In this document: one piece after another, positions 1-9,256 of the stretch | Layout of the letters: each line of letters starts with the position of its first letter | Position numbering within the stretch: the stretch's first letter is position 1 | Assembly (NCBI GenBank): GCA_963727775.1 | Contig: CAVSHB010000001.1 | Span: 736,001-800,000 of the forward strand | DNA from: an uncultured Nitrospiraceae bacterium | GTDB lineage: Bacteria; Nitrospirota; Thermodesulfovibrionia; Thermodesulfovibrionales; SM23-35 | Direction of reading: 5' to 3' | DNA: 64,000 bases | The notes under the pieces: generated by a model | Told to the model about the DNA's origin: nothing | Databases searched by the model: none | The model's input: the letters and a program-made list of their open reading frames with translations, nothing else | Translations under genes and position numbers: made by a program

Positions 1-875
1 ATGGGATCCAGGAGATAATCTTTGTAGGTGATCGTGGAATGGTTACTCATGCCAATTACGAAAAGGTTAAGGATGTAAAAGGGCTCAATATAATATCGGC
101 ATTAACACACCACCAGATAAAAGAGCTACTGGAACGCAAGGTGATTCAGATCGATATGTTTGATGAAAAGGAGATTATTGAAGTAGTGGATCCTGAGGCG
201 ATAGGACGGCGATACTGCTTATGCCGCAATCCAAAGACCGCTACAAGGGAAGCTGTGACACGCAAAGGCTTGATTGAGGTCACCAGAAAGGCATTGGATA
301 GCATAGCCCAATCAAAACGGAAGTCGTCAAACGAGAAGATAGCGGCAAGGGTGGGGAAGGTTCTGGGAAAGTGGAAGACAGGTAAATTTGTAGAGTGGTC
401 AGTACAGGATGGACGTCTCACATGGAAATTAAAAACAGAGAAGATCGAGACTGAGGAATTGATTGACGGCTGTTACATCATTGCCTCCGATGTTCCTGCC
501 GGGCTGATGGCAAAGCAGGCAATAGTGGCATCATATAAAAAGCTTGCTCTTGTAGAACAGGCGTTTCGGAACTTAAAGAGCGTACAGCTTGAGGTGCGGC
601 CCGTTTATCACAAGACCGACGACCGAATCCGCTGTCATGTGTTTCTTTGCATGCTTGCCTACTACTTGCAGTGGCATATGAATCAGAGACTAAAGCCTCT
701 GTTTCAGTCTGACGGAAAAAATAAACACCGCAGATGGACATTTGAGTATGTGATTGAGAGATTAAAGAGCCTGAGAAGGCAGAGACTTCAAGTGCAGGGC
801 TCTTCGTGCCGAATTGTTTGCACCCCGGATAACAGTCAGCAAAAGATTCTTGATCTGCTCAAGGTAAAATTGTAG
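1..875 (+). mobile_element. IS1634-family DDE transposase, C-terminal part (5'-truncated by window edge)
   Basis: Frame open from the window start (FVGDRGM just before the called ORF). Motifs DGCYII, Y..LALVEQAFRNLKS, VRPVYHKTDDRIRCHVFLCMLAYYL are typical of IS1634. Confidence 0.85.
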
Positions 876-1108
876 CCATTTTCTTGAAATTAGAAATCGC
901 CTTCAAATCATTGCAGCATATGGAGTTCCTCGTAGTTTTTAAAAAGAAAATACGTTAAATGAGAGTAATAGTTAAGGAATCTGATGACGAATATTATTAT
1001 CTGCAATTAAGCCTGGACTTATGGTTAGATTTCTGTTAACAATCAATTGAGAACATAAAATGAGCCGTGAACCGCCGGATAAACGGTATCTGAGGTGAAG
1101 TTTTTACG

Positions 1109-1915
1109 ATGAATATGTTCATAATTGACAAAGAGATTTATTTAAGGCTTGGCTTCTTTTTCAGCATTTTATTTATTATGGCAATGTGGGAAATCGCTGC
1201 GCCGAGACGGGTATTGACAACAGAAAAAAAGAAGAGATGGTTTATCAACCTTTTTGTAACTTTTTCCAATGCTGTTATGCTGCGCCTGATTTTTCCAGTT
1301 GCCCCGGCGGGGATCGCCTTAATGGCAGAAAAGCACGGCTGGGGGGTATTTAATATAACCGGCACGCACGGTATCCTATCTATTATTTTTCCCATATTCA
1401 TGCTCGACTTAACTATCTGGTTCCAGCATCTATCATTTCACCGGATACGGTTATTCTGGAGATTCCACATGATACACCATATGGACCTTGATATTGATGT
1501 AACAACCGGCGCGAGATTTCATCCTGTTGAGATCGTTCTCTCTGTGATAATCAAAATGATTATGATTATACTGATAGGTCCGCCTGTTTTGTCTGTAATA
1601 GTTTTTGAGATATTGCTTAACGGCTCGTCAATGTTCAATCACAGCAATGCCCTTATACCCCGGAACCTTGACGGAATATTGAGAAGATTTGTGGTTACAC
1701 CTGACATGCATCGTGTTCACCATTCTATTCAAACAAGGGAGACAAACAGCAACTTTGGGTTCAATTTTCCATGGTGGGACCGTCTTTTCGGAACTTATAT
1801 TGAGCAGCCGTCAGCCGGACATGAAGGCATGAAGATCGGTCTGGCAGACTACAGAGACGGAGAGTATCTCACTCTCCTGAATATCTTATCTTTGCCGTTT
1901 TACAGACAAAAATAA
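1109..1915 (+). CDS. Sterol desaturase / fatty acid hydroxylase family membrane protein
   Basis: His boxes HLSFH, HMIHH, HRVHH; C-terminal NFG..FPWWDRLFGT; several hydrophobic segments. Confidence 0.9.
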   Translation: MNMFIIDKEIYLRLGFFFSILFIMAMWEIAAPRRVLTTEKKKRWFINLFVTFSNAVMLRLIFPVAPAGIALMAEKHGWGVFNITGTHGILSIIFPIFMLDLTIWFQHLSFHRIRLFWRFHMIHHMDLDIDVTTGARFHPVEIVLSVIIKMIMIILIGPPVLSVIVFEILLNGSSMFNHSNALIPRNLDGILRRFVVTPDMHRVHHSIQTRETNSNFGFNFPWWDRLFGTYIEQPSAGHEGMKIGLADYRDGEYLTLLNILSLPFYRQK

Positions 1916-1936
1916 TCTTCAGGTAAGTTCATCTTC

Positions 1937-3325
1937 TTATAGCCCGATTGTCTGAGGCGCTCTCGGGCATGGTATAACATCCCGGATATTTACCATACCG
2001 GTTATATACTGCACTAACCGTTCAAACCCAAGTCCAAACCCTGCATGCGGGGCTGAACCGAACCTGCGCAGGTCGAGATACCATTGCAGGTTTTCAGCAG
2101 GCACATTTGTCTGCAGCATCCTCTCTTCAAGTATCGATAGCCTTTCTTCACGCTGGCTTCCGCCGATGATCTCGCCGATCTTAGGGACCAATACATCCAT
2201 TGCCGCAACTGTTATTTCGTCCGGGTTCAGTCTCATGTAAAAGGCCTTTATCTCTTTTGGATAATCCGTCACAATGACAGGCGTTTTAAAAACCTTGTCT
2301 GTCAGATAACGCTCATGTTCGGACTGCAGATCGGAACCCCATGCCACAGGGAATTCAAAGTTCTCTTTCGCGGTTTTTAATTCTTTTATTGCTTCTGTAT
2401 AGGTGATATGGACAAAGGGTTTTTCAGCGAGATTGTTCAGCTCTTCGAAGGAGATCCTTTGGTACTGCTTCTCTAAAAATGCGAGTTCACTTTTTCCACT
2501 ATCCAGGACCTTTCTGCAGAGGAAGCGTAAAAAATCTTCGGCCAGACGCATATCGTCTGTTAGGTCCGCAAAGGCCATCTCAGGTTCGATCATCCAGAAC
2601 TCGGACAGGTGGCGCGTTGTATTTGAATTCTCTGCCCTGAAGGTGGGGCCGAAGGTATAAACGTTTCCGAGCGCCATGGCAAGGAACTCTGCTTCAAGCT
2701 GGCCGCTTACCGTCAAAAAGGCCCGCTTTCCGAAAAAATCCTGAGTGAAATCTATCTCACCATTTTCTTTTCTCGGCAGGTTCTTGAGATCGAGAGAGGT
2801 CACAGAAAAAAGCTCTCCGGCCCCCTCGCAGTCGCTTGATGTAATAATCGGCGTATGTACCCAAACAAAGCCGCAGTCCTGGAAAAATTCATGCACCGCA
2901 TCCGCAAGGATATTCCTCACCCTGAAGACAGCTCCAAAGGTATTGGTGCGGGGCCTTAAATGGCCGATCTCTCTAAGGAATTCAAGAGTATGTCCTTTCT
3001 TCTGTAAAGGATATCTGTCAGGATCAGCTTCGCCGAATACCTTTATATCCGAGACCTCCACTTCAAATCTCTGGCCTTTTGCAGGCGACTCCTTAAGAAT
3101 CCCTTTTGATTTTATGGCTGTGCCGGTATTGCAGCGGTGCAGCTCTTTAAAAGCAGTAGTTTGATCAGAGACGACGAGCTGTAATGTCTCCTGAGAAGAA
3201 CCGTCGTTAAGGACAATGAAAGCAAAACCTTTCGATTCACGTTTTGTTCTTACCCACCCGCATACGTTAACCTGCTGTCCGGTATTTCCAGCTCTAAGAA
3301 TATCTTTTATCAGTGAACGTTCCAA
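1937..3325 (-). CDS. asnS: Asparagine--tRNA ligase
   Basis: OB-fold GWVRTKR, LTVSGQLEAE, FRAENSNTTRHLSEFWMIEPE, GEIIGGSQRE, PHAGFGLGFER. Confidence 0.97.
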   Translation of the reverse strand: MERSLIKDILRAGNTGQQVNVCGWVRTKRESKGFAFIVLNDGSSQETLQLVVSDQTTAFKELHRCNTGTAIKSKGILKESPAKGQRFEVEVSDIKVFGEADPDRYPLQKKGHTLEFLREIGHLRPRTNTFGAVFRVRNILADAVHEFFQDCGFVWVHTPIITSSDCEGAGELFSVTSLDLKNLPRKENGEIDFTQDFFGKRAFLTVSGQLEAEFLAMALGNVYTFGPTFRAENSNTTRHLSEFWMIEPEMAFADLTDDMRLAEDFLRFLCRKVLDSGKSELAFLEKQYQRISFEELNNLAEKPFVHITYTEAIKELKTAKENFEFPVAWGSDLQSEHERYLTDKVFKTPVIVTDYPKEIKAFYMRLNPDEITVAAMDVLVPKIGEIIGGSQREERLSILEERMLQTNVPAENLQWYLDLRRFGSAPHAGFGLGFERLVQYITGMVNIRDVIPCPRAPQTIGL

Positions 3326-3477
3326 ATTTGCCTCAAATAAATTATATCAGTTCGCGCAGAAGACAATCTATTTAGAATTAATAGTGTAACAAAACAAAAT
3401 CGGGCAATATGCCCTGTCAAATGACAATTTGCTATCGGCAAAAATAAGAAATCTCAATAAATTTAATACTATAGAAC

Positions 3478-3493
3478 TGGCATTGAAATTGCT
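3478..3493 (+). promoter_or_regulatory. Sigma54 (-24/-12) promoter
   Basis: TGGCATTGAAATTGCT = GG-N10-GC consensus, about 55 nt upstream of the ATG at 3547. Confidence 0.65.
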
Positions 3494-3546
3494 TTATTAA
3501 AATTATTAATGTAAAAATAGGCTTGTTCAGAAAGGAGAATCAATAT

Positions 3547-3825
3547 ATGAAGGTAAACCATCTTGCAGAAGCCATTATCATGCAGTCGATTGAGGACTTA
3601 TGGGCCGAGAATCACAGAGAGGATTGTATAAGGTTTTTTACGGGTGAGGATTTCAGGACATGCGCTGCAATCGCAGGAATGGATACTTGTGAGCAAATAA
3701 AGGTACTCACCATGCTCAGCCGGATGATAAAAGATTTGAGCAAGCCGGGGAAAGACAAAAAGAAAACAACTTATGGACACATTTCTCCACGATACAATTA
3801 CAGCAGGGAATTAGTCGGGATATAA
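3547..3825 (+). CDS. Hypothetical protein
   Basis: SD AAGGAG before ATG 3547; preceded by a sigma54 motif; no family recognised. Confidence 0.7.
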   Translation: MKVNHLAEAIIMQSIEDLWAENHREDCIRFFTGEDFRTCAAIAGMDTCEQIKVLTMLSRMIKDLSKPGKDKKKTTYGHISPRYNYSRELVGI

Positions 3826-3922
3826 GGTTTCAAGTACAAATGAAGTGTATTGACAGGTTCTGCCCGGCATATTAACCGTGCAAGTTTTGATTGTGTTTTG
3901 GTGTTTTTCGCATTAATTTAAA

Positions 3923-4135
3923 ATGATAGATAAAGAACAAAAGGAATTGCGAAATTTGCTCGAAGAGGGCATCGCTGCCCTGGTTGCGATGAGAAAGGGC
4001 ATCGAACATTCCTGCGCCGAACTGAGGGATATGTATGCTGGGACAATGCTATGCGGCACCCAGCCTATGGAACCCAAAAGAAGAGAAAAATACATTAACC
4101 CGAAAAATGCAGATATTGTCCAAAAAATTATTTAA
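3923..4135 (+). CDS. Hypothetical small protein
   Basis: 70-aa ORF with plausible composition but no clear SD. Confidence 0.35.
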   Translation: MIDKEQKELRNLLEEGIAALVAMRKGIEHSCAELRDMYAGTMLCGTQPMEPKRREKYINPKNADIVQKII

Positions 4136-4340
4136 CTCGATGAATTTATTGAGAATATTGTTATGTTGGTAATCAATAAATATTATCGGGATCATTTGTT
4201 AAAGGTACAGTAAGGTATCGAAAAATAATTTTTTTCACAACACCCGCATTTTTCTAATTGCATTTTTTGTGGTAAGAATAAATTTTGACTTGAAGAAATA
4301 TCTTGCATTATTTAAATAAATCAGTTACTATAAAAATAGG

Positions 4341-4721
4341 GTGAAAAGTATGATAAAACAAATTGTTAAAATCAGTGCTTTTCTTTTTCTGTTTGGTTTA
4401 TGCCTTTCTTTTATTGTTCAGGGTGCTATCGCGGCTCAATCAGAGGAAAATCCTGCAGGCGGTCTTGTAACGAGAATGAATTTAAACACAACGGGCATTT
4501 CCGTACAGGAACAAAGGACCGGTGCGATGGATAAAAAGGACAGCAACGATGATTCTGCGGTGTTATCTCAGGTTTCATTGAGCCAGCGTCTGAAGGCTTT
4601 CTTCTCTTTAAAATCACCTTCTACGGTAGATAAAATGGACCTTGTTGAAAATCAAAAAAATAACGAAAAGCAGAAGTTCAATTATCGCCGTGCTCTGTTA
4701 GGCCTCAATATATCTTTCTGA
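4341..4721 (+). CDS. Hypothetical exported protein
   Basis: Signal-peptide-like N-terminus ending AIA; C-terminal ...LGLNISF resembles an outer-membrane beta-signal. Confidence 0.6.
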   Translation: MKSMIKQIVKISAFLFLFGLCLSFIVQGAIAAQSEENPAGGLVTRMNLNTTGISVQEQRTGAMDKKDSNDDSAVLSQVSLSQRLKAFFSLKSPSTVDKMDLVENQKNNEKQKFNYRRALLGLNISF

Positions 4722-4832
4722 GACTTATTTCCTTTTCAATCTCCTTATTACTTAAATTACTTTCAATCTACTGAAATCTCTGTGTACTTTCTTTAGCTAT
4801 TTCCCCATAATATTTTATGGGGAGTCTCTAAA

Positions 4833-6077
4833 ATGCATTTTCAAGGAATAATCGGGTTAATAATATTAACGGGAATTGCCTGGATTATAAGTGAAAACAG
4901 GAGAGGAATTAATCGTAAAGAGGTAATAATAGGGGTAATCCTTCAAATTATAATTGCCGCGATATTGCTTAATGTCCCTGCGTTCAAAAAAATATTTTTG
5001 CTTCTTAACAGTATCGTAATGTCTCTCGATACAGCGACAAAAGCAGGGACATCGTTTGTATTCGGCTATTTAGGCGGAAGTCCTTTACCTTTTGTTGAAA
5101 AGAATCATGGCTCAAGCTTTATTTTAGCCTTACAGTCGCTCCCTCTGGTGCTAGTAGTGGGAGCTTTATCTTCCCTCCTTTTTTACTGGCGTATTTTGCC
5201 GTTTATAGTAAGGATATTTTCCATTCTTTTTCAAAAAACGCTGCGTATCGGAGGCGTGCTCAGTCTCGGCGCGTCATCGACTATTTTTCTGGGGATGATT
5301 GAGGCGCCGTTGATCATAAAGCCTTATTTGAAGGAGATGACAAAAAGTGAGCTTTTTTCATTAATGGTGTGTGGTATGTCATCTATAGCAGGCACGGTTA
5401 TGGTTTTGTATTCAACGCTTTTGAAAGGCATTATACCTGATCCATTGGGACATATTTTAACCGCATCGTTGATTCATATTCCTGCAGCTTTGACAATTTC
5501 GAGGATAATGATCCCCGAGGCGGACAAACAAACAGCGGGGACTTTGGTCCCGCAACAGACATCCACAAGCTCTGTAGACGCCATTACTAAAGGTACAATC
5601 GATGGTCTCAGCCTTTTTATTAACATCGTAGCCATGCTCATAGTAATGGTCGCATTGGTTAATCTTGTGAATCAGTGCCTTTATTTGTTGCCTGAGATCG
5701 GGGGTAAGGCCGTTACCCTGCAAATGCTTCTGGGTTATGTTATGGCCCCGATCGTATGGCTTTTCGGCATTCCATGGAATGAAGCGCAGACCGCAGGTTA
5801 TCTGATGGGCACAAAGACAATACTGAATGAACTGCTTGCATTCCTTGACCTTTCAAATTTGCCGCCTAATGCGCTGAGTCCGCGGAGTAGGTTAATCATG
5901 ACATATGCCTTAACCAGCTTTGCCAATTTCGGGAGTCTTGGAATAATGATCGGCGGCCTCGGCAGCTTGGTGCCCGAGCGGAGAACCGAGATAGTTTCAC
6001 TCGGCATTAAATCAGTTATTGCCGGAACATTAGCTACATGTATGACCGGAGCCGTTGTGAGTCTGTTTATATTATAG
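4833..6077 (+). CDS. Concentrative nucleoside transporter (NupC/CNT family)
   Basis: G..FVFGYLGG, IFLGMIEAPL, MGTKTILNEL, YAL..FANFGSLGIMIGG, AGTLATCMTGA. Confidence 0.93.
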   Translation: MHFQGIIGLIILTGIAWIISENRRGINRKEVIIGVILQIIIAAILLNVPAFKKIFLLLNSIVMSLDTATKAGTSFVFGYLGGSPLPFVEKNHGSSFILALQSLPLVLVVGALSSLLFYWRILPFIVRIFSILFQKTLRIGGVLSLGASSTIFLGMIEAPLIIKPYLKEMTKSELFSLMVCGMSSIAGTVMVLYSTLLKGIIPDPLGHILTASLIHIPAALTISRIMIPEADKQTAGTLVPQQTSTSSVDAITKGTIDGLSLFINIVAMLIVMVALVNLVNQCLYLLPEIGGKAVTLQMLLGYVMAPIVWLFGIPWNEAQTAGYLMGTKTILNELLAFLDLSNLPPNALSPRSRLIMTYALTSFANFGSLGIMIGGLGSLVPERRTEIVSLGIKSVIAGTLATCMTGAVVSLFIL

Positions 6078-6193
6078 ACTCAGGGAGATACAAAATGGCT
6101 TGACAACTGGTGAATTTTACTGTTAGCAATTTTTTAAAAGTGAACTCTTTAAGAATTAAAAGTGAACCCTTGTTAAAGGACGGAATAGGAAGG

Positions 6194-6236
6194 AAATGAA
6201 CGAAGTGAAAGAGTGCGTTTTTCACTTCGTTCATTT
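6194..6236 (-). terminator. Hairpin downstream of the IS1202-family transposase
   Basis: AAATGAACGAAGTGAAA / TTTCACTTCGTTCATTT 17-bp inverted repeat just after the stop codon. Confidence 0.55.
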
Positions 6237-6241
6237 TTGCT

Positions 6242-7498
6242 TTACCATATCGGCAAATTCAAATCCTTATTTTTAGCTCGTTGGACGTCAACGAGGTGGC
6301 CGTTGCACCAGAATCTGACTTCAGAGAGAATCTTGTTCATGGGATAAATGCGGATATTCACCTTTTCACCTGGGGTAACATGATTAATTTTCAGGACCAG
6401 GTTATTGATGGATATTCTACGGTGAGAATCAACAGTTCTGTTAAGCCTTAGACAAAATATATCTTTGGGGGATTGATAGGGAGGGATAACTTTGAACCGT
6501 CTAAAAAGGGACGTACCTTCTTTTAATGCTTTTTGGAATCTGAAATATGGGACTTCCTGAATTGTGGAATGTACCTGACGGTAATTATATCTGTGGATTT
6601 CCTGATTGAGTATAGTTTGCGCTCGACTTATATCAGCCACATCTTCTCTGACACATGTTCTGACAAGTCTATCTTGGAGCCATTGATAAGGCCGTTCAAT
6701 CTTCCCTTTTGCTTGGAGAGATAATGCATAGATGATTTTTACGTTGCAGTCATATAGAACCTGCTTCCATTGAGGGTCTGCTTCATCAGTTATCTTATGA
6801 TGCTTGCGCCAGAAAGAGTCTCTGCCCTGCACAAACCGGAAGATAGAGTGTGAATCAACATAATAGGAGAAGGGTAAGCCGTGTGTAAGGATCAGGCTTT
6901 CCAGAGCGAGGATATGTGCCCACGAGGTTTCCTTCTTCAGCAATTTTGCGTAGAGGATATAACGGCTGTAATCATCCAGAGAAGTGATCAAATACCATTT
7001 CTCTTGCGCGTTCGGTGCCCAAAGGTGATAGGAGGAATCATGCTGGATCAATTCCCCGGCATAGTTGGTCAATACTTCCCGGTCATGAACGGTTCTTTTT
7101 GGCTTCCTCAGATAAAAGTCGTTCTTCTTGGCTCTGTCAATGATCGTAGATAGAGCCACCGTCTGCTTATATTGCCTTTCCAGACGATCTTTGATATAGC
7201 TGTAGTTGTAAGAGCGGACGGGTACATCTTTGTCCTCTATCAACTTCTTCTCAATTACTAATTCTTTTAAAATATTGAATTCTACCGCTTCGGGTATCGC
7301 TCGGGTTTTGCCTTTCCGTACATACTGTATCGTGAATGCGGAAGGATTATAACGATATGCTTTTACTAAAGCAAAGAACCTTGTTTTGTTAATCCCAAGA
7401 ATCTCTTGGAGATATTTTCTCCCTACCTCTTCCCTTAGATATTTCTCGATCAGTTCCTTGACTTGTTCATCGGTGAACTTCCTGTGTAACTGTGTCAA
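6242..7498 (-). CDS. IS1202/ISNCY-family DDE transposase (integrase core)
   Basis: N-terminal HTH; IQHDSSYH, SLDDYSR, YVDSHSIF, QAKGKIER..WLQDRL. True start is TTG 7498 after SD AAGGAGG; the ORF-track extension to 7669 lies inside the IS256. Confidence 0.88.
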   Translation of the reverse strand: MTQLHRKFTDEQVKELIEKYLREEVGRKYLQEILGINKTRFFALVKAYRYNPSAFTIQYVRKGKTRAIPEAVEFNILKELVIEKKLIEDKDVPVRSYNYSYIKDRLERQYKQTVALSTIIDRAKKNDFYLRKPKRTVHDREVLTNYAGELIQHDSSYHLWAPNAQEKWYLITSLDDYSRYILYAKLLKKETSWAHILALESLILTHGLPFSYYVDSHSIFRFVQGRDSFWRKHHKITDEADPQWKQVLYDCNVKIIYALSLQAKGKIERPYQWLQDRLVRTCVREDVADISRAQTILNQEIHRYNYRQVHSTIQEVPYFRFQKALKEGTSLFRRFKVIPPYQSPKDIFCLRLNRTVDSHRRISINNLVLKINHVTPGEKVNIRIYPMNKILSEVRFWCNGHLVDVQRAKNKDLNLPIW

Positions 7499-7517
7499 AA
7501 TACGAGCCTCCTTTTTT

Positions 7518-8900
7518 GACAGTGTCAAGTCTTTTCTGTAAATTCTCTTCAGGGCTTTATTCTCAAGGGTTTTCATTGATACGATTATGCCGCAACCCTT
7601 TGCATCCTTGATGCCCGGATCCTCGTAAGGATTGCCTTTGCCTCCTTGGTCATGCTTACACCGTTCCATCTAAGTTCGTGGAGCTGCCAGTAAACCATGG
7701 TGAGCGCACGCTCCTCCTTCTGAAACCGGCCTGCTACCTTTACCCTTCGCTTCACCTCCTTGAAGCTCCTCTCCACTATATTGGTCGTCCGAATTCTAAG
7801 CCAGTGCTGGTAAGGATATTTGTAATAGGTCAGACAGTCTTCTATATTTTCAGTCAGGCATTCCACTGCCGAAGGATATTTCATGCGCCACTTCTTCTTG
7901 AACATTTCCACGGCCTCCTTTGCGTGCTCATAGGTCGAGGCGTAAAACACCTTCCTTACTGACTCTTTTACTGATGCCTTGTCCTGTTCCAGTACTTTAT
8001 CCAGCACGTTTTCAGTCCTGTGCTTCGTGCAGCGCTGTTTGTCTGATTCAGGGAAGACTTCATCCACCGCCTTGATAAGGCCGGGACAGCCATCGATAAC
8101 CGTGAGCATTGGTTCACTTATGCCCCGTTTCGTGAGATCCTCCAGAAAACCTTTCCACGCATTGTACGATTCACTGTTGCCAAGGGACACGCCCACGAGC
8201 TCCCGGCTGCCGTCCTCCAGAAACGCCCAGGCCACCAGCACCGCCTCTTTCTCCTTGGTCCCGGCCCTTACTCCCATCCGTACGCCGTCCAGAACAAGAT
8301 ACACCACCTGCAGCATCGATAAGTCCCGCTTCTTCCATGCATTGAACTCATCGACGATCCTGCCGCTGATCCTTATGACATTCTGATGGCTCAGGCCTTT
8401 CTTGCCTATGAGTTTACCCACAGCTTTCTTTACCTTCCTGCTGGACAGGCCGTTCATATACAAAAGAGGGATGATTTCCTGTATTTCATCCATCTGGGTC
8501 ATCCGTGGCGGCAATATCCGGGAATGAAATGGGCCACCGGCATTCCTTACCTGCGGCATCTTTAGCCCTATATCACCGCTACCGATCTTCACGGTTCTGG
8601 GCTTCGATCCACTCCGGCTTCCTTTAGCGCAGGCATTCCTCTCATAATAGTCTCTCTGAAGATATGCCGTCACTTCTTCTTCCATCGCCGACTCTAACAT
8701 CATCCTCGCTCCGATCCTCGTCAACTCCGCTAACGGGGGCATCGCCATAAACTCCTGCACTCCATCCTCAATGACTTTTTTCGCCTTCTTTGATAAAATT
8801 CTTCTCATGGGTATAATTCTCCTTTCTCTCTTTGAGAGATTGCTTTTTCCATTGAGAATTATACCCTGATTCATATTTGCAGAATTGATCTTACGCTATC
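7518..8900 (-). mobile_element. IS256-family insertion sequence with 8-bp target duplication
   Basis: 26-bp imperfect IRs GACAGTGTCAAGTCTTTTCTGTAAAT / GATAGCGTAAGATCAATTCTGCAAAT; direct repeat CCTTTTTT at 7510-7517 and 8901-8908. Confidence 0.92.
7585..8808 (-). CDS. IS256-family (mutator-type) transposase
   Basis: LYMNGLSSRKV, YLVLDG, VIDGCPGL, QRCTKH, IRTTNIVERSFKEVKRR; ATG 8808 follows SD AAGGAG. Confidence 0.95.
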   Translation of the reverse strand: MRRILSKKAKKVIEDGVQEFMAMPPLAELTRIGARMMLESAMEEEVTAYLQRDYYERNACAKGSRSGSKPRTVKIGSGDIGLKMPQVRNAGGPFHSRILPPRMTQMDEIQEIIPLLYMNGLSSRKVKKAVGKLIGKKGLSHQNVIRISGRIVDEFNAWKKRDLSMLQVVYLVLDGVRMGVRAGTKEKEAVLVAWAFLEDGSRELVGVSLGNSESYNAWKGFLEDLTKRGISEPMLTVIDGCPGLIKAVDEVFPESDKQRCTKHRTENVLDKVLEQDKASVKESVRKVFYASTYEHAKEAVEMFKKKWRMKYPSAVECLTENIEDCLTYYKYPYQHWLRIRTTNIVERSFKEVKRRVKVAGRFQKEERALTMVYWQLHELRWNGVSMTKEAKAILTRIRASRMQRVAA

Positions 8901-9039
8901 CCTTTTTTGATGCTCATATTACACTTTCTCAGGTGTTCACTTTTAATTCGTAACTGACAACTGGTGAATTTTACTTGACAAAAATATAAAAAAGTTTTTA
9001 TGGTAATTAACATAGATCTTTGACATTGCTTTATTAGAC

Positions 9040-9143
9040 GTTTCCGAAAAGGTAAACTCTGGGTAACCAGGGGGCACAAAGCCAGTGGATCCTTTCTTGG
9101 TCCTGAGTGGGAGGGAGAAGGATAGCCAGGCTGCCGAAGAAAC
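9040..9143 (+). promoter_or_regulatory. c-di-GMP-I (GEMM-I) riboswitch aptamer
   Basis: GGTAAACTCTGG-GTAA-CCAGGGGGCACAAAGCC...GGATAGCCAGGCTGCCG matches the GEMM-I architecture: P2 with GNRA loop, CAAAG junction, P3, and P1 GTTTC/GAAAC. Confidence 0.88.
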
Positions 9144-9171
9144 AGTGCTTGCCCGGAATTTTACCTTTTTG

Positions 9172-9211
9172 AAAAAAGCCTGTTTCCCTTTGAGGAAACA
9201 GGTTTTTTTTT
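9172..9211 (+). terminator. Intrinsic terminator (riboswitch expression platform)
   Basis: Stem GCCTGTTTCC / GGAAACAGGT followed by a long T run, between the aptamer and the sigma-factor ATG. Confidence 0.85.
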
Positions 9212-9256
9212 GCTTTTTTGTTTTCAAAAAGATTATGTGATAACCGGAGGTGGAAC

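Larger units (their letters stand above)
6121..8959 (-). mobile_element. IS1202-family (ISNCY) insertion sequence with 15-bp target duplication, carrying a nested IS256
   Basis: 25-bp imperfect terminal IRs TGTTAGCAATTTTTTAAAAGTGAAC (6121-6145) and TGTCAGTTACGAATTAAAAGTGAAC (reverse complement of 8935-8959). Flanking direct repeat ACTGGTGAATTTTAC at 6106-6120 and 8960-8974. Subterminal repeat TTAAAAGTGAAC at 6134 and 6156. Confidence 0.85.

Noticed and set aside
7499..7669. N-terminal extension of the 6242..7669 ORF
   Set aside because: Lies mostly inside the IS256; the real start is TTG 7498 with a strong SD
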